In this document: positions 62,955 through 64,000 of the stretch, piece after piece | Layout of the letters: every line of letters starts with the position of its first letter | Numbering within the stretch: the stretch's first letter is position 1 | Assembly (NCBI RefSeq): GCF_036588685.1 | Contig: NC_086373.1 | Location: forward strand, 21,886,001-21,950,000 | Length of the DNA: 64,000 nt | DNA from: Mytilus trossulus | Lineage: Eukaryota | Direction: 5' to 3' | The notes under the pieces: generated by a model | Database searches by the model: none | What the model was told of the DNA's origin: nothing | The model's input: only the letters and a program-made list of their open reading frames with translations | Made by a program: the position numbers and the translations under genes

Positions 62955-63067
62955 TTTGCGTTATAACGCAAAGGTTTGCGTTATAACGCAAACATAGTTT
63001 GCGTTATAACGCAAACATAGGAAGAAAAATAAAAATAAAAATGTGTGGCGCTAATACGCTTCCGTAG
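62955..63067. repeat. Three perfect 18-bp palindromes plus a conserved element terminus
   Basis: tttgcgttataacgcaaa at 62955, 62975 and 62998, then aaaatgtgtggcgctaatacgcttccgtag; related terminus at about 49635-49694. Confidence 0.8.
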
Positions 63068-63593
63068 AAATGAATTAAAAAAAATATGTATATAATAAGT
63101 CTGCATGTTCTATAGTTAATTATTATCGATGAGCTTATTTATATGTAATCCGTTTGTTGTATTTGTCACTAATTTAAAGAAATATGTGTAAAGTTTATTC
63201 AGGTAAATTAAATATTTGTTTTGTTATATAAATTGTTTTATCATTATAATTGAAGTATTACACTGACCACTTCCAACTTTAACAAATTCAATTGTAATCC
63301 TTGCTGAACTACCAAATTATATATCATATCGAGAGTAAGTCTCCTGAGTCAAAGACGGTGCATATTATTCGTATTGGTCATTGTCTTTGTAGTTTCCAGC
63401 CAGCACACATAACACAAAGTCACAAGATACATTGAACACCAAGTTTCAATGTGTGATATGTATTCGAGAACAAAAGAATGAAATTGCCAATAAGTGATGA
63501 TATTACTATAACTGATAAAAAAGAAGAAAAATATCTGAAACAAACTACCGTTTTTTTCTCACACGAGTCAACATTTATCCTATTAGGGTAAAA

Positions 63594-64000
63594 GGAGTAG
63601 GTCCGGTAAGAGCCGATTTTGGCCTCACTAGTTCATCTGATGAAAGATTTTAGATTCTAAACACGTATTAAAGTGTCTACTTCAGTCGATTCAATTAGTT
63701 TATGTGATAGATTTGAACTGAATTAGTCATTAAAGACGCTCAAATTCAAGCTTAGATATGAAAAATTTATCAAATATGCCATAATATGTCACTTTTCAGA
63801 TTGTTTTTGTCAAATATGAATGTGGCTGCATTCGTTTCAACTATCAATGTGATGTATTATCATCAAATACAACTTACATTTAAATATTAAGAATGCACAC
63901 TAATGCGGCCACTTCCATTTAAGAAAGAACCAGTCAAATGCGAAAATTGTGAAGATTTCAGTAATTCAGCATTCTAGTACCCGATATATGTGCATTGTAT
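63594..64000. mobile_element. Left end of a second Spy-like TIR element, probably running off the window
   Basis: AAA|ggagtaggtccggtaagagccgattttggcctc aligns without gaps to the 2575 TIR ggacaaggtatgataagggccgtttctggcccc and also follows AAA; right end not in the window. Confidence 0.5.

Noticed and set aside
62587-62991. 134-aa minus-strand ORF
   Set aside because: Spans palindromic repeats, a local duplication and a purine run; no protein signature.

Overview
AT-rich, intron-rich animal genomic DNA; the repeat families and the secreted C1q-domain gene point to a bivalve mollusc, probably a mytilid mussel (inference). Four spliced genes were assembled by hand with phase-consistent junctions: a 2-exon melatonin-receptor-like GPCR (-, 938-2145), the last 13 exons of a choline transporter-like CTL1/SLC44 gene (+, 7749-20228; 5' exons not found, so the GPCR is probably nested in its intron), a secreted C1q-domain gene (+, 25413-26534) and a complete 13-exon DEG/ENaC channel gene (-, 36163-55906, 596 aa). 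The rest is mostly mobile DNA. It includes a 355-bp tandem non-LTR retrozyme with type I hammerhead ribozymes plus dispersed copies, Penelope-like RT remnants, a 4.4-kb TIR element inserted without a TSD into AAA|TTT (Spy-like), a stop-free DIRS/Ngaro RNaseH-tyrosine-recombinase fragment, Helentron-type (HINE) elements, MITEs, hairpin elements, a tRNA-derived SINE head and minisatellites. The most novel candidate is a second, antisense hammerhead-like motif in each retrozyme unit, three substitutions from a perfect minimal hammerhead, which suggests an ambisense, viroid-like circRNA architecture.
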